A DNA stretch of 64,000 nt from a virus (lineage: Duplodnaviria; Heunggongvirae; Uroviricota; Caudoviricetes), in the IMG/VR virus record IMGVR_UViG_3300014204_000115, positions 115,637 to 179,636 of that record; one strand, given 5' to 3'. A program made the translations under genes and the position numbers. How positions within the stretch are numbered: position 1 is the first letter of the stretch; each line of letters starts with the position of its first letter. Shown one piece after another: positions 18,131 through 27,702 of this stretch. The notes beneath the pieces were generated by a model that saw only the letters and a program-made list of their open reading frames with translations, had not been told where the DNA came from and did not search any database.

Positions 18131-19017
18131 TTAAGGAAAAATTTATTTTACTAAAAAATGTTCCTAATATTTTAAATTTATCCTCTTCAGAAATTAAAAA
18201 ATATTCTATTGAAAGAGGTCCTAGAAAAATATTTATCGTTCTAGAATTAAATAAAAATAGAATTAATCATTTTTCAAAAGATAAAGTTTATGGAATGATT
18301 TCTGATTTAGAAAAAAGAAAACAAATTGTAGTTGTAAATCTTCCAGAATATAATTTACATGTTTCATATAATAGACCAACAAAACAAATAGTTTTAAATT
18401 TAGCACCATTCAATGTAGATGATATATATTCAACAGAACCTGATCCAAAGAATATATATACTCAATTAGTATATGGAATATTATTTTCAAATCTAGTAAC
18501 TGAAAAATTTAAAGTAAAAACCTCATATTTTCCACAAATTTCTGGTTTTTTGCTTAGTATGTTTATTGGTATATTTGGTAAAGAATATGGATTATTATCA
18601 ACTTATTCTGATAGAATTACAAATTTAAATTTTTTAACTAATTGTTATGTATTATCATCATTTTTTGGAATCATAGGAAAGAAATCTTATAAGTTAGCTT
18701 CTGCTTCTTCTGGATTTGATTATAAAGATATTGAAGATAGTCTAGATACTTATGACTTTTCTAATATTGAAGATTTTATAAAATCTTTATCTGCTTTTAG
18801 TGTTATGGCAGGAATAGATAAATATTCTTTTTTAAATAAAATTTATAGAGTTGCTGGATTAAGTTTTGTACCAGCTATTGAAGACTTATCTAGATTTATT
18901 TGTATTATGACATGTATTAGTATGAAAGGATCAAATATTGTTCATACATTTATTTCAAAATATAATGAGGATACATTTAATAGAATTCTTGAAATTTCAA
19001 AACTTGCTTTTAAATAG
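18124..19017 (+). CDS. hypothetical protein (297 aa)
   Basis: Overlapping ATG within the upstream gene's end. Confidence 0.5.
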   Translation: MVVKEKFILLKNVPNILNLSSSEIKKYSIERGPRKIFIVLELNKNRINHFSKDKVYGMISDLEKRKQIVVVNLPEYNLHVSYNRPTKQIVLNLAPFNVDDIYSTEPDPKNIYTQLVYGILFSNLVTEKFKVKTSYFPQISGFLLSMFIGIFGKEYGLLSTYSDRITNLNFLTNCYVLSSFFGIIGKKSYKLASASSGFDYKDIEDSLDTYDFSNIEDFIKSLSAFSVMAGIDKYSFLNKIYRVAGLSFVPAIEDLSRFICIMTCISMKGSNIVHTFISKYNEDTFNRILEISKLAFK

Positions 19018-19046
19018 ATAAAGTAATTTTTAAAGGATATTGATAA

Positions 19047-19928
19047 ATGGAAGATAAATCTAAATTAGGTGGTTTTTATAGAGCAAAAGTTATTGATAAT
19101 AAAGATTCAGAATTATTTGGTCGTGTTAAGGTATGGATCCCAGATATTATGCCTAAGGTATCAGAAGATAAAGGTTTATGGGCTATGCCTGCAAATAATG
19201 TAACATCAGGTTTAAATTCTGACGGAGACTCTGAACATTTTTATTCAGGTTCTTGTTATATCCCACCAAAGGGTTCCTATGTATGGGTTTTTTTTGAAAA
19301 TGGCAACCCAAATAGACCTTACTATCTAGGGGGTCTTGACTTACAAAATACAAAAGTTTTACCAGAATGTCAAGTTGGGAGTAATCCTCAGAAAAAATGG
19401 GTAATTTATAAAAGTCATTCTGGAAGAGCAATTGTAATTTCTGATGATCCAGATGACGAAAGAGTTGAAATAACAGGAAAGAAAAGAGAAATTTCCACTC
19501 CACCAACCGGAGATACAAATTCTGTATATACAATCGATGGAAATCAAACTACAATTTTAATTGACGAAAGAGATGGAAAAGAAAAAGTTTTAATTAGAAG
19601 TCACAAGGGAGATTATATAAATTTTGATATTGAAAATCAAAAGATACAAATTTCAGTTTCATCTGATATACATATTAAATCAAATGGTAATATTTTTATA
19701 AAAGCTAGTGATAATATCAATTTAAAAGCTGGAACTAATATTAATATACATGCAGGAGGTGTTATAAATTTAAAAGCAGGAAGTAATGTAAATACTCAAG
19801 CTGGGGGTAATATTAATAATTTATCAACTGGACCTGTAAATCTAGATGGATCACAAGTAAATGAAATGAGCGGAGCTGCAGAACCAGCTTCTGATGCTAA
19901 TGGAGCGACACCAAATGGAGATAGATAG
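19047..19928 (+). CDS. baseplate central spike / gpV-gp5-VgrG-like protein with C-terminal beta-helix
   Basis: N-terminal OB-fold signature GGFYRAKVIDNKD..LFGRVKVWIPDIMP (compare G.V..V.DP...GRV.V..P of gpV/gp5). C-terminal repeats NINLKAGTNINIHAGGVINLKAGSNVNTQAGGNINN. Confidence 0.65.
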   Translation: MEDKSKLGGFYRAKVIDNKDSELFGRVKVWIPDIMPKVSEDKGLWAMPANNVTSGLNSDGDSEHFYSGSCYIPPKGSYVWVFFENGNPNRPYYLGGLDLQNTKVLPECQVGSNPQKKWVIYKSHSGRAIVISDDPDDERVEITGKKREISTPPTGDTNSVYTIDGNQTTILIDERDGKEKVLIRSHKGDYINFDIENQKIQISVSSDIHIKSNGNIFIKASDNINLKAGTNINIHAGGVINLKAGSNVNTQAGGNINNLSTGPVNLDGSQVNEMSGAAEPASDANGATPNGDR

Positions 19929-19940
19929 GAGAATTTAAAA

Positions 19941-20705
19941 ATGAATGTAATACAAACTGGTTTTTGTTCTAAATTGACTGATGAATTTGATAATAGAATG
20001 AATCAATTAAATGCACTGGAAAGACAACTAGATCTCAAAATTAAAGCTCTAAAAGTTGGAATAGCTAGTATAACTGGATTTTCTCCTCATGCTCTTCTTA
20101 AAAAGTTTGAAAGCGATGTTTCAAAGGGTATTGATAGTATGGTTCCTTCATTGGCAACATTTGATGATTTATTTACATTAGCAAATGCATGTCTCTTTAC
20201 TAAAAATGATCCAATGTTATCAAAACCTTCTACTCTAGCAAAATCAATAAAAAATAGAGTTAAAGCAAATGCTAATTCTGTTTTGACTAATCTTGCAGCC
20301 GCAATCCCAACTGAATTTGCATTATCAAATCTAGTAAATGCTTTAAAATCTCAAATTAAAACATCTAAAATTAATTTAATAGTTCCTGAAGCAACACAAG
20401 CTTTAAATTGTATTAGTGCTATATGCGGATATGATGTAACGATAAGAATAGCTAGACTACAAAATTTTATTTCAAAATATAATCTTAGTGGTACTGGAGA
20501 ATTAGATGTAGATGCATTATTATCTTCTCAAGGTCTTGGAAAGGAAGCTATAAAATCAATAAATAGAGTTATTAATCAAATAGATGATGTAATGAATCAA
20601 ATAGATACTTCATTTACAAGTGGAGTTGATAGATTAAAAAGATTATTTCCAGAAGATGATGATGATGATATAGATTTTTATGAACCAGATGAATATGAAG
20701 TCTAA
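19941..20705 (+). CDS. hypothetical protein (254 aa), acidic C-terminus
   Basis: ORF; ends EDDDDDIDFYEPDEYEV. Confidence 0.5.
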   Translation: MNVIQTGFCSKLTDEFDNRMNQLNALERQLDLKIKALKVGIASITGFSPHALLKKFESDVSKGIDSMVPSLATFDDLFTLANACLFTKNDPMLSKPSTLAKSIKNRVKANANSVLTNLAAAIPTEFALSNLVNALKSQIKTSKINLIVPEATQALNCISAICGYDVTIRIARLQNFISKYNLSGTGELDVDALLSSQGLGKEAIKSINRVINQIDDVMNQIDTSFTSGVDRLKRLFPEDDDDDIDFYEPDEYEV

Positions 20706-20789
20706 TAAACCATTTTAATTATAGTACTAGAAACTATATATATTATATTTTAATAAACAATATAATATTTCTTAATAGAAAGGGTATAC

Positions 20790-22241
20790 ATGATTAGATT
20801 CAATTTGGCGGATAAAAAATTAGATATTTTTAAAGATGAGAAAGAAAAAATTTTAAGTATTAATTTAATTTCAAGTACAATTACAAATAAATTTTTTATT
20901 GTAACTACATTTATTGAAAATGTTTCTAAAACTTGTCCTGGTTTTGATGAATGGTTTTGTAATTTTTTAGATGAATATACATCTGTAGTTGAAAGATATG
21001 TTGTAATTCAAAAGAACATTCCAATTATTAAAAGTTATGTTGATCAATATTTAAATGTAGCAAATATTGATTATAATCAATTTGTGGATGAAAGTAAAGC
21101 TAAGAAAACAAGTATTTTATTTTCTGCAGAAGAAATAAAAAAAATAATTCAATTATCTTGTTATCTAAAGATTTACTCATTATTTTTTAATAGTGTTGAT
21201 TTAAAATTAGATCAAAGACTTCATAAAAGTGTCTATAATGAATTTGCGGCTGAAGTTTTAAATAGTGAAATAGTAAATAAAATATTTACTATAATTAAAA
21301 CTAAAACATTTAGGTATAATCTTACTGATAAGTATATGTGGGATTATATTAAAATGGTTCAATGTAAATCAATTGATGTTCATATTATTGAAATTTTTAA
21401 TTTTATTATGAACTCAATCCTTATTCTTTGTGAAGAAGATAAAAACCCAATAATTTATTTTGTTAGTGTAGTTCAAGAATCAATTAACTGGTTTTTAAGA
21501 TCTGTATATAAAGGACAAATTGTCTATGACGATACTGTTAGTACTGAAGATATTCATGGTGCTAATATTGATAACTTAAAAACTTACGCCTATAATGATA
21601 CCTTGGGTAGATTAAAAGGAATAGCTTTTGAGCAAATCTATGATAATCTAGAAAGATCTTCAATTTTATTATTTCCATCAAATCAAGAAACAGTTTCAGA
21701 TAAGTCAATCATTGAGTTTCAAAATAGAATTTCAGAAATAGAATTTATTTCCCCTCTTTGTGATTCATTAATTTATCCCGTTTTATCTGTAGTAACATCA
21801 ATACCATATATACATTTCAAAACTTTATCTCCAGATCATGCAATAGTATTATCTGTATATACTCAAAATTTATTGAGAAAAGTATTTAAAATTACAGAAT
21901 ATAAAAATCTATTTTCATTACTAAGTTATTATCCAAAAAAAGAAATAGCAGTAGCAACAACATATAAAGTAAAGGGAATGGAAGATTTGATTAAAGTATC
22001 TCAATCAGTAAATAGTTTCTTTGGATTTAAATCGAAATTATTATTTGCTAATATTTTGGGGTATTTTATTGGAAGAATCTCAAGAGTAAATTTTGTTAAT
22101 ATTTTTGATGGAAATGAATTAACAGGGGTTCCATTGAGTAAAATTGAATCTGAAATGATTCAATTCTATACAATGTTATTTGGTGGAAAGTTAGATGAAG
22201 AATTTAATAAAATGAAAAAATTAATTTATCAGGACTTTTAA
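20790..22241 (+). CDS. hypothetical protein (483 aa)
   Basis: Long ORF after a 85-nt AT-rich spacer; RBS AGAAAGGGTA. Confidence 0.5.
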   Translation: MIRFNLADKKLDIFKDEKEKILSINLISSTITNKFFIVTTFIENVSKTCPGFDEWFCNFLDEYTSVVERYVVIQKNIPIIKSYVDQYLNVANIDYNQFVDESKAKKTSILFSAEEIKKIIQLSCYLKIYSLFFNSVDLKLDQRLHKSVYNEFAAEVLNSEIVNKIFTIIKTKTFRYNLTDKYMWDYIKMVQCKSIDVHIIEIFNFIMNSILILCEEDKNPIIYFVSVVQESINWFLRSVYKGQIVYDDTVSTEDIHGANIDNLKTYAYNDTLGRLKGIAFEQIYDNLERSSILLFPSNQETVSDKSIIEFQNRISEIEFISPLCDSLIYPVLSVVTSIPYIHFKTLSPDHAIVLSVYTQNLLRKVFKITEYKNLFSLLSYYPKKEIAVATTYKVKGMEDLIKVSQSVNSFFGFKSKLLFANILGYFIGRISRVNFVNIFDGNELTGVPLSKIESEMIQFYTMLFGGKLDEEFNKMKKLIYQDF

Positions 22242-22337
22242 ATATGAAAAAATAGAGTCTGATAAATTTAAAAAATTAAAGTTAAAAATGAAATAATCAA
22301 AGATATGTTATGGTTAGAATTAGAAGGGAAAAAATAA

Positions 22338-22478
22338 ATGATTAAATTTTGTCCAAATTGTGGAGAAGTTTTATCTAAAAATGTTAAATATGCAGAAGGT
22401 GTAAAATCTTGTAATACTTGTGAAGGAATATTTTTTATATTACAAACTAGCAAATCAATTCAACAAGAGGATAAATAA
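22338..22478 (+). CDS. small zinc-ribbon protein (46 aa), tentative
   Basis: MIKFCPNCGEV...CNTCEG (CxxC..CxxC). RBS GAAGGGAAAAAATAAATG. Below the ORF-track size cutoff. Confidence 0.4.
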   Translation: MIKFCPNCGEVLSKNVKYAEGVKSCNTCEGIFFILQTSKSIQQEDK

Positions 22479-22483
22479 AATAG

Positions 22484-22663
22484 ATGTCAGAAGAAATTTT
22501 AAAGATTGTTGTAAAAAAAGCACATGAAGTATTAGATGAGTTTATCTCAGAATGTATTGGTGAAGATGGAAAACCAAAAGCTCCATCTTATAAATCTCTT
22601 ATGAAAGTAAGAGGTTATTTACCAGAATCTTATAAAAATTCTATAATAAAGAAAAAGAGTTAA
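22484..22663 (+). CDS. small protein (59 aa), tentative
   Basis: ATG 5 nt after the previous stop; continuous ORF. Confidence 0.3.
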   Translation: MSEEILKIVVKKAHEVLDEFISECIGEDGKPKAPSYKSLMKVRGYLPESYKNSIIKKKS

Positions 22664-22734
22664 TGGAGATAAAATGCAGTTATTTACTCAGATACTACAA
22701 AGAGATGCATTAGAAGATGAAATAATTAGTAAGA

Positions 22735-23166
22735 ATGAGTAATTTTATGAGAAAATTAGAAGAATTTGCAGATTCAGAATCATATGATTTATTTTATAAT
22801 TTAATTGGAAAAGAATTAGTTTCAACAAGAAGTAGTGGACCAATAAGATTAAGAGAAGTCATAATACCAAAATGTTATGATATAAAATTTTTAAAGAAAC
22901 ATGGTAGAATGATAAGACTGGTTCTTTCTATTAAATATTCAGATAAGGAAGTAGTTTTTGGAAATGACTATCATGAAAGTTATAATGAACATCTTGATCT
23001 TCCATTTTCTTTAATAGAATCATGGTCTCTAAAAAAGATGAAAAATTGGGCAATTAAAAGGACAAAACAAGTAAGAGAAAAAGAGATTGAACGTTTACAA
23101 GATGAAATTATTCAAATTAATAAGAAATTAGAAGAACTTAAAAAAGCAGGAGATACTAAGAAATGA
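22735..23166 (+). CDS. hypothetical protein (143 aa), coiled-coil C-terminus
   Basis: ORF in tiling. Confidence 0.5.
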   Translation: MSNFMRKLEEFADSESYDLFYNLIGKELVSTRSSGPIRLREVIIPKCYDIKFLKKHGRMIRLVLSIKYSDKEVVFGNDYHESYNEHLDLPFSLIESWSLKKMKNWAIKRTKQVREKEIERLQDEIIQINKKLEELKKAGDTKK

Positions 23167-23399
23167 AAAAATATTTTTTATTTTTAATAATTATTCTTTT
23201 ATTTTGTTTAATAAGTTGTGATAATCATTATAGAAGATCCCTTTCATTCAATCTACCAAAAGAAGCAAAAATAATAAAAGAAGATCTATCTGTACCTGCA
23301 ATTTATTTTAAAATTGGAAAAAGATATTATATAAAAATTTTTAGTGGAAATGGATACTCAATTTTTGAAATAGATAAAGAGGTTATTAATGGACAATAA
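23163..23399 (+). CDS. small lipoprotein
   Basis: Signal peptide MKKYFLFLIIILLFCLISC with lipobox L-I-S-C. Confidence 0.5.
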   Translation: MKKYFLFLIIILLFCLISCDNHYRRSLSFNLPKEAKIIKEDLSVPAIYFKIGKRYYIKIFSGNGYSIFEIDKEVINGQ

Positions 23400-23829
23400 T
23401 ATAAAACAAGTAATTGTTATTAGAAAAGATCTTCATATGAGACAAGGAAAGTCATGTGCAAGTGCAGCTCATGCAAGTATGAAAGTTCTTCTTGATGTAT
23501 TAAAAGAAATACATTCTGTACCAAGAGGTGTCATTTTTGGTATGGAAATAACTCCAATAAATAATTTTCAAGAAAAAAATACAAGACAATTAGATTGTTT
23601 AGAAAAATGGATTAAAGGAACATTTACTAAAATTGTTGTTTATGTAAAAAGCGAAGAAGAACTTCTTGAAGTATTTAATAGAGCTAAAGATGAAGGGATT
23701 TTTTGCAGCCTGATTGAAGATGTTGGAAAAACTGAATTTAATGGTGTTCCAACCAAAACTTGTTGCGCAATAGGACCAGATGAATCAGAAATAATTGATA
23801 AAATAACTGGTAAATTACCTCTATTATAA
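23389..23829 (+). CDS. peptidyl-tRNA hydrolase, PTH2 family
   Basis: KQVIVIRKDLHMRQGKSCASAAHAS and C-terminal CCAIGPDESEIIDKITGKLPLL closely match the archaeal/eukaryotic Pth2 motifs (V.VR.DL.MGKGK.AAQ..HA; AIGP....IDKITG.LKLL). Confidence 0.8.
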   Translation: MDNNIKQVIVIRKDLHMRQGKSCASAAHASMKVLLDVLKEIHSVPRGVIFGMEITPINNFQEKNTRQLDCLEKWIKGTFTKIVVYVKSEEELLEVFNRAKDEGIFCSLIEDVGKTEFNGVPTKTCCAIGPDESEIIDKITGKLPLL

Positions 23830-23839
23830 GGATTTAAAA

Positions 23840-24094
23840 ATGAAAAAAATTATTCTTATAATTTTATTAGTATTAACTTTTTTATTAGTTTCATGTGATT
23901 TTTCACCTGTTGATCTTCCATATAAGTGTTATCAAACTGTTGAAAAAGAATTTCCTATAAATTCAAGAATAATGAATATACCAAGAGGTAATTATATTTT
24001 TATAGTAAAAACACCTGAAGGAAAAATTTGGTATGCAGAAACAATGGAAAGAAATTCTTCTAAAATAACTTATAAAGTTCAATTATTTGATTAA
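23840..24094 (+). CDS. small lipoprotein
   Basis: Signal peptide MKKIILIILLVLTFLLVSC with lipobox L-V-S-C. Confidence 0.5.
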   Translation: MKKIILIILLVLTFLLVSCDFSPVDLPYKCYQTVEKEFPINSRIMNIPRGNYIFIVKTPEGKIWYAETMERNSSKITYKVQLFD

Positions 24095-24098
24095 AAAA

Positions 24099-24140
24099 TG
24101 GCACTGAGATTTTCTTCTTAATCTCAGTGCCATTTTTTTG
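24099..24140 (+). terminator. Rho-independent terminator
   Basis: Perfect 12-bp stem tggcactgagat / atctcagtgcca with 9-nt loop, followed by TTTTTTT. Confidence 0.75.
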
Positions 24141-24217
24141 TTTATTATTTGTATAAAAGATAGAACAAAATATAAATTAGTAAGTTTATTTTTTGTTTAA
24201 AAGTGGAGGAAATTAAA

Positions 24218-24670
24218 ATGAAAAAGAAAGTATTTAAAGAAGACTTTCAAAGATTAGAAGAATTCATTCAAAAAATTAATAATATCATAACACCATTTTC
24301 CTTTCGTGATGAACTTAAAAGCGTAATGGATAAAGAAACTAGGATCAGAATGTCAGAGAAATACCCTAAATGTTATTTACCAGTTCGAATGGGTAATAAA
24401 GATATTCCATTTCTGCCTCTATGTAACAGAAATGGCGCAACTGATAAAAATATGATTTCTTTTTCTATGAAATTAGCTAATAGATTATTAGGAAGAGAAG
24501 ACGTTGATAGGGGAATGTTAGAAATAACTTTAAAGAAATTATCTAGAATGAATAATACATATTCAAAAGATATTCCAACTCCTCCTGGTCCAGCTTCACA
24601 AAAAGCTAATGTAACCAAGTCATTAATTTTACTAAAAAAGAATCTTGACAAAATAAAGAATGGTGAATAA
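24218..24670 (+). CDS. hypothetical protein immediately upstream of RNAP beta' (possible RNAP accessory factor)
   Basis: ATG at 24218 after GGAGGA (the ORF track starts at a GTG at 24203). Ends 1 nt before the beta' start. Confidence 0.45.
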   Translation: MKKKVFKEDFQRLEEFIQKINNIITPFSFRDELKSVMDKETRIRMSEKYPKCYLPVRMGNKDIPFLPLCNRNGATDKNMISFSMKLANRLLGREDVDRGMLEITLKKLSRMNNTYSKDIPTPPGPASQKANVTKSLILLKKNLDKIKNGE

Positions 24671-27600
24671 ATGTCCCTAAAATTTCTAGATTTAAATAAT
24701 TTTACAAGAAATTTAAAACCAGTAACAAGTACACAGACTCATACAAGAACAGATGAGTTTCATCCTCAAGGATTATTTTCCGAAATGATTTTTGGAGTAG
24801 AAGGTAGTTTAGATAGAAAGAAAACATTTTCATATATTGATTTAAATACATTTGTAATTCACCCTACTGCATATAGAATTCTTATCAGATTGGATAGAAA
24901 AATAGAAAAGATGTTTTCTACTGAAAAATCATTTAGATTGACAGAAAATGGTACATTAATAGAAGATGATAACGGAGTAACAGGAATTTTTGAATTTATT
25001 AAACTATTTCCAAAACTAATATTAAGAGGTGAATCTGAAGATAGAGATAAATTTATTAAAGTATTAAAAGATTCATATCAAGATCAAATATTATTTATAA
25101 ATAAAATTCCAATTATGCCTCCAGAACAAAGACCAATTTTTAAAGATAGCAGCGGAAGATACACACAAGATAAATTTAATGATTTTTACTTAACTATTTT
25201 AAGAAGATCAATACAACTTAAAACATTTGGGGCTAAAGGTACAATGTATGATCTATTAAATTGGGGATTACAAAGATCAGTAAATGATTTAGATGAATAC
25301 ACTAGAACAAAAATTGGTAAAAAATTTGGTTTAATTAGATCTCAGCTTCTAGGAAAAAGAACTGATTTCTCTGGAAGAGCTGTTATTACATCAGGTCCAG
25401 ATATTCCTGCAGATAAAATTGGAATACCTTTTAGATTAGCTATAACTTTATTTGAACCGTTTATAATTTATACACTTTTATATTCTGGAAAAATAAATAA
25501 AGATACTTTAGAAAAAGAAATAAAGAATTTTACAAAAACAGATTTATCCACAAATAGTATTGCAATTGTTTTAAAAAGTTTAAAATCTGGAGATGTTGTA
25601 CCTAAAAATTTATATGATATTTTCTTTAAGGCTGCAGTTTTGGCGTCTGAAAATAGAGTTGTTTTAGCAAAAAGAGATCCTGTTTTACATGCTGAATCAG
25701 TTCGAGCATTTTATCCTATCATAGTTCCTGGTAATACTATACAATTATCAGCTCTAGTTACAGGAGGATTTAACGCTGACTTTGATGGGGATACAATGGC
25801 AGTATTTCATCCTTTAACTATTGAATCACAAGATGAAGCAAAAAAAAGAATGATGATGGCTAGATCCTCTTCTTCATTTACAAGTATTACTTTTGAATTA
25901 AGTAAAGAAATGAGTGTTGGATTATATTTAATTACAAAAGATATTAAGGAATTTAAACCTCCTATTAGTGTTTCTAAAGAAGATTTAGAAAAAGCAATAG
26001 ATCCTTATACTCCAGTTATTTATAAAAAACAAACAACAACAATGGGAAAAGCAATTTTTAATAATTGTTTTCCTTCAGATTTTAGATTTATAAATGATTT
26101 GGTAACTAAAAAAATTGCTAATAAATTAATTTTTGAAGTTATTGATAAATATGGAGATGAAATTGGAAGACAAGTTGCATCTAATTTAAAAAATGTTGGT
26201 TTTAGATTCGCTAGTTTATTGGCACCTTCTTTAAATTTAAACGAAATTACAATTCCTCCTGAGATTTATGAATTAAAGAAAAATATGGATAAAGCTACAA
26301 CAGAAGAAGCAATTGAAATAATGGATAAAATGCGAAAAATAATGATTGAACATTTAAAAGATACAGGTTTATATAATTTAGTTGAATCAGGAAGTACTAA
26401 AGGATGGGATCAACCAATTCAAATTTTAGTTGCAAAAGGAATCATGGTAGATCCGACTGGAAAAATTCTTCCTCCTATTAAAGGTTCATTATCTGATGGT
26501 TTAACCACAACTGAATATTTTAATGCTGCTGGAGGAAGTAGAGCTGGAATCATTGATAGAGTTATCAATACTGCAGATACAGGATATACAGCTAGAAAAT
26601 TAGCTTATCTTTTAAACTCAGTAGAATTAGATTGGGTGTTAAAAGATTGTGGTACACAATTAACCTTAGATATAAAATTAGATCCAGATATTATTAGTAG
26701 ATTAAAAGGAAGATATATAGTAAAAAGAGGAAAATTAGAACTATTTGAACATTCTGGTTCAAAGTCTGGAGATTTAATTCATCTGAGAAGTCCAATTTTT
26801 TGTAAATCTTTAAAAATTTGTCATACTTGTTATGGAAAACTTTTAGAAATTCATAAAAGTCCTTATGTTGGAATTATTGCAGCATCAAATATTGGAGAAA
26901 GAAATACACAGCTTATTATGAGATCTTTCCATTCAACTGCAATTAAGATTATAACAAGAGATATATTAAAAGATATTTTTGATAATGATCCATTAGTTAA
27001 ATCCGATCAATTAAAAATAAAATTAAAACAGATGGAAAATAATTTGTATTGCACACAGGATTGTTCAATGACTATAGATTTAGATAGTTATGAATTAGGT
27101 GATGATATTACTATAAATGAAGAAGAAAATATAGTTGAAGCAAATGGTTTAATTTCTAGAATTGAATTTTCAGATTTATCATTTGATATAGTTCTTGATT
27201 ATCCAGTAATTATTAAATATGATAAAATAATTAAATCTAAAGAATTTATTAAAGTATCATTTAGAAAAGACGATGAAATTATTGAAGCTCCATTACAAAG
27301 ACAAGATTTAAAAGAAATTGTTTTATATGTCGAAAGATTAATTTCAGGTAAAGAAAAATTTAAAAGCATAGATCATTTATTTTTAAAATTTTACAAAATT
27401 TATAGCGACATTTCAAGTATGGATTTAGTTCATATGGAAGTATTAATTAGTCAGATTTTAAGAGATAAAAATAATCCAGTTTTCCCATCAAGAGTTGGAA
27501 AAGATCCAATGCATCCTGTATTAAGAAATATTAAAAAGAATGTTTTTAATAACGGAGGTTTGCTTCAAGGATTAGCTTTTGAAAATACATCAGCTGCTAT

Positions 27601-27700
27601 TAATGCAGGTTTAATAGCAACTACTGAATTAGAACCATCTATTTTAGAAAGATTATTAACAGGAACTTTAGTTGAGAGAAAAGATAAGGATAAGGATTAA
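24671..27700 (+). CDS. rpoC: DNA-directed RNA polymerase beta'-like subunit (1009 aa)
   Basis: Catalytic motif GGFNADFDGDTMAV. RAVITSGPDIPADKIGIPFRLAITLFEPF matches the beta' rudder/lid region. CHTCYGKL...GIIAASNIGERNTQLIMRSFH matches the beta' trigger-loop region. No N-terminal zinc-ribbon cysteines. Confidence 0.85.
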   Translation: MSLKFLDLNNFTRNLKPVTSTQTHTRTDEFHPQGLFSEMIFGVEGSLDRKKTFSYIDLNTFVIHPTAYRILIRLDRKIEKMFSTEKSFRLTENGTLIEDDNGVTGIFEFIKLFPKLILRGESEDRDKFIKVLKDSYQDQILFINKIPIMPPEQRPIFKDSSGRYTQDKFNDFYLTILRRSIQLKTFGAKGTMYDLLNWGLQRSVNDLDEYTRTKIGKKFGLIRSQLLGKRTDFSGRAVITSGPDIPADKIGIPFRLAITLFEPFIIYTLLYSGKINKDTLEKEIKNFTKTDLSTNSIAIVLKSLKSGDVVPKNLYDIFFKAAVLASENRVVLAKRDPVLHAESVRAFYPIIVPGNTIQLSALVTGGFNADFDGDTMAVFHPLTIESQDEAKKRMMMARSSSSFTSITFELSKEMSVGLYLITKDIKEFKPPISVSKEDLEKAIDPYTPVIYKKQTTTMGKAIFNNCFPSDFRFINDLVTKKIANKLIFEVIDKYGDEIGRQVASNLKNVGFRFASLLAPSLNLNEITIPPEIYELKKNMDKATTEEAIEIMDKMRKIMIEHLKDTGLYNLVESGSTKGWDQPIQILVAKGIMVDPTGKILPPIKGSLSDGLTTTEYFNAAGGSRAGIIDRVINTADTGYTARKLAYLLNSVELDWVLKDCGTQLTLDIKLDPDIISRLKGRYIVKRGKLELFEHSGSKSGDLIHLRSPIFCKSLKICHTCYGKLLEIHKSPYVGIIAASNIGERNTQLIMRSFHSTAIKIITRDILKDIFDNDPLVKSDQLKIKLKQMENNLYCTQDCSMTIDLDSYELGDDITINEEENIVEANGLISRIEFSDLSFDIVLDYPVIIKYDKIIKSKEFIKVSFRKDDEIIEAPLQRQDLKEIVLYVERLISGKEKFKSIDHLFLKFYKIYSDISSMDLVHMEVLISQILRDKNNPVFPSRVGKDPMHPVLRNIKKNVFNNGGLLQGLAFENTSAAINAGLIATTELEPSILERLLTGTLVERKDKDKD

Positions 27701-27702
27701 TT

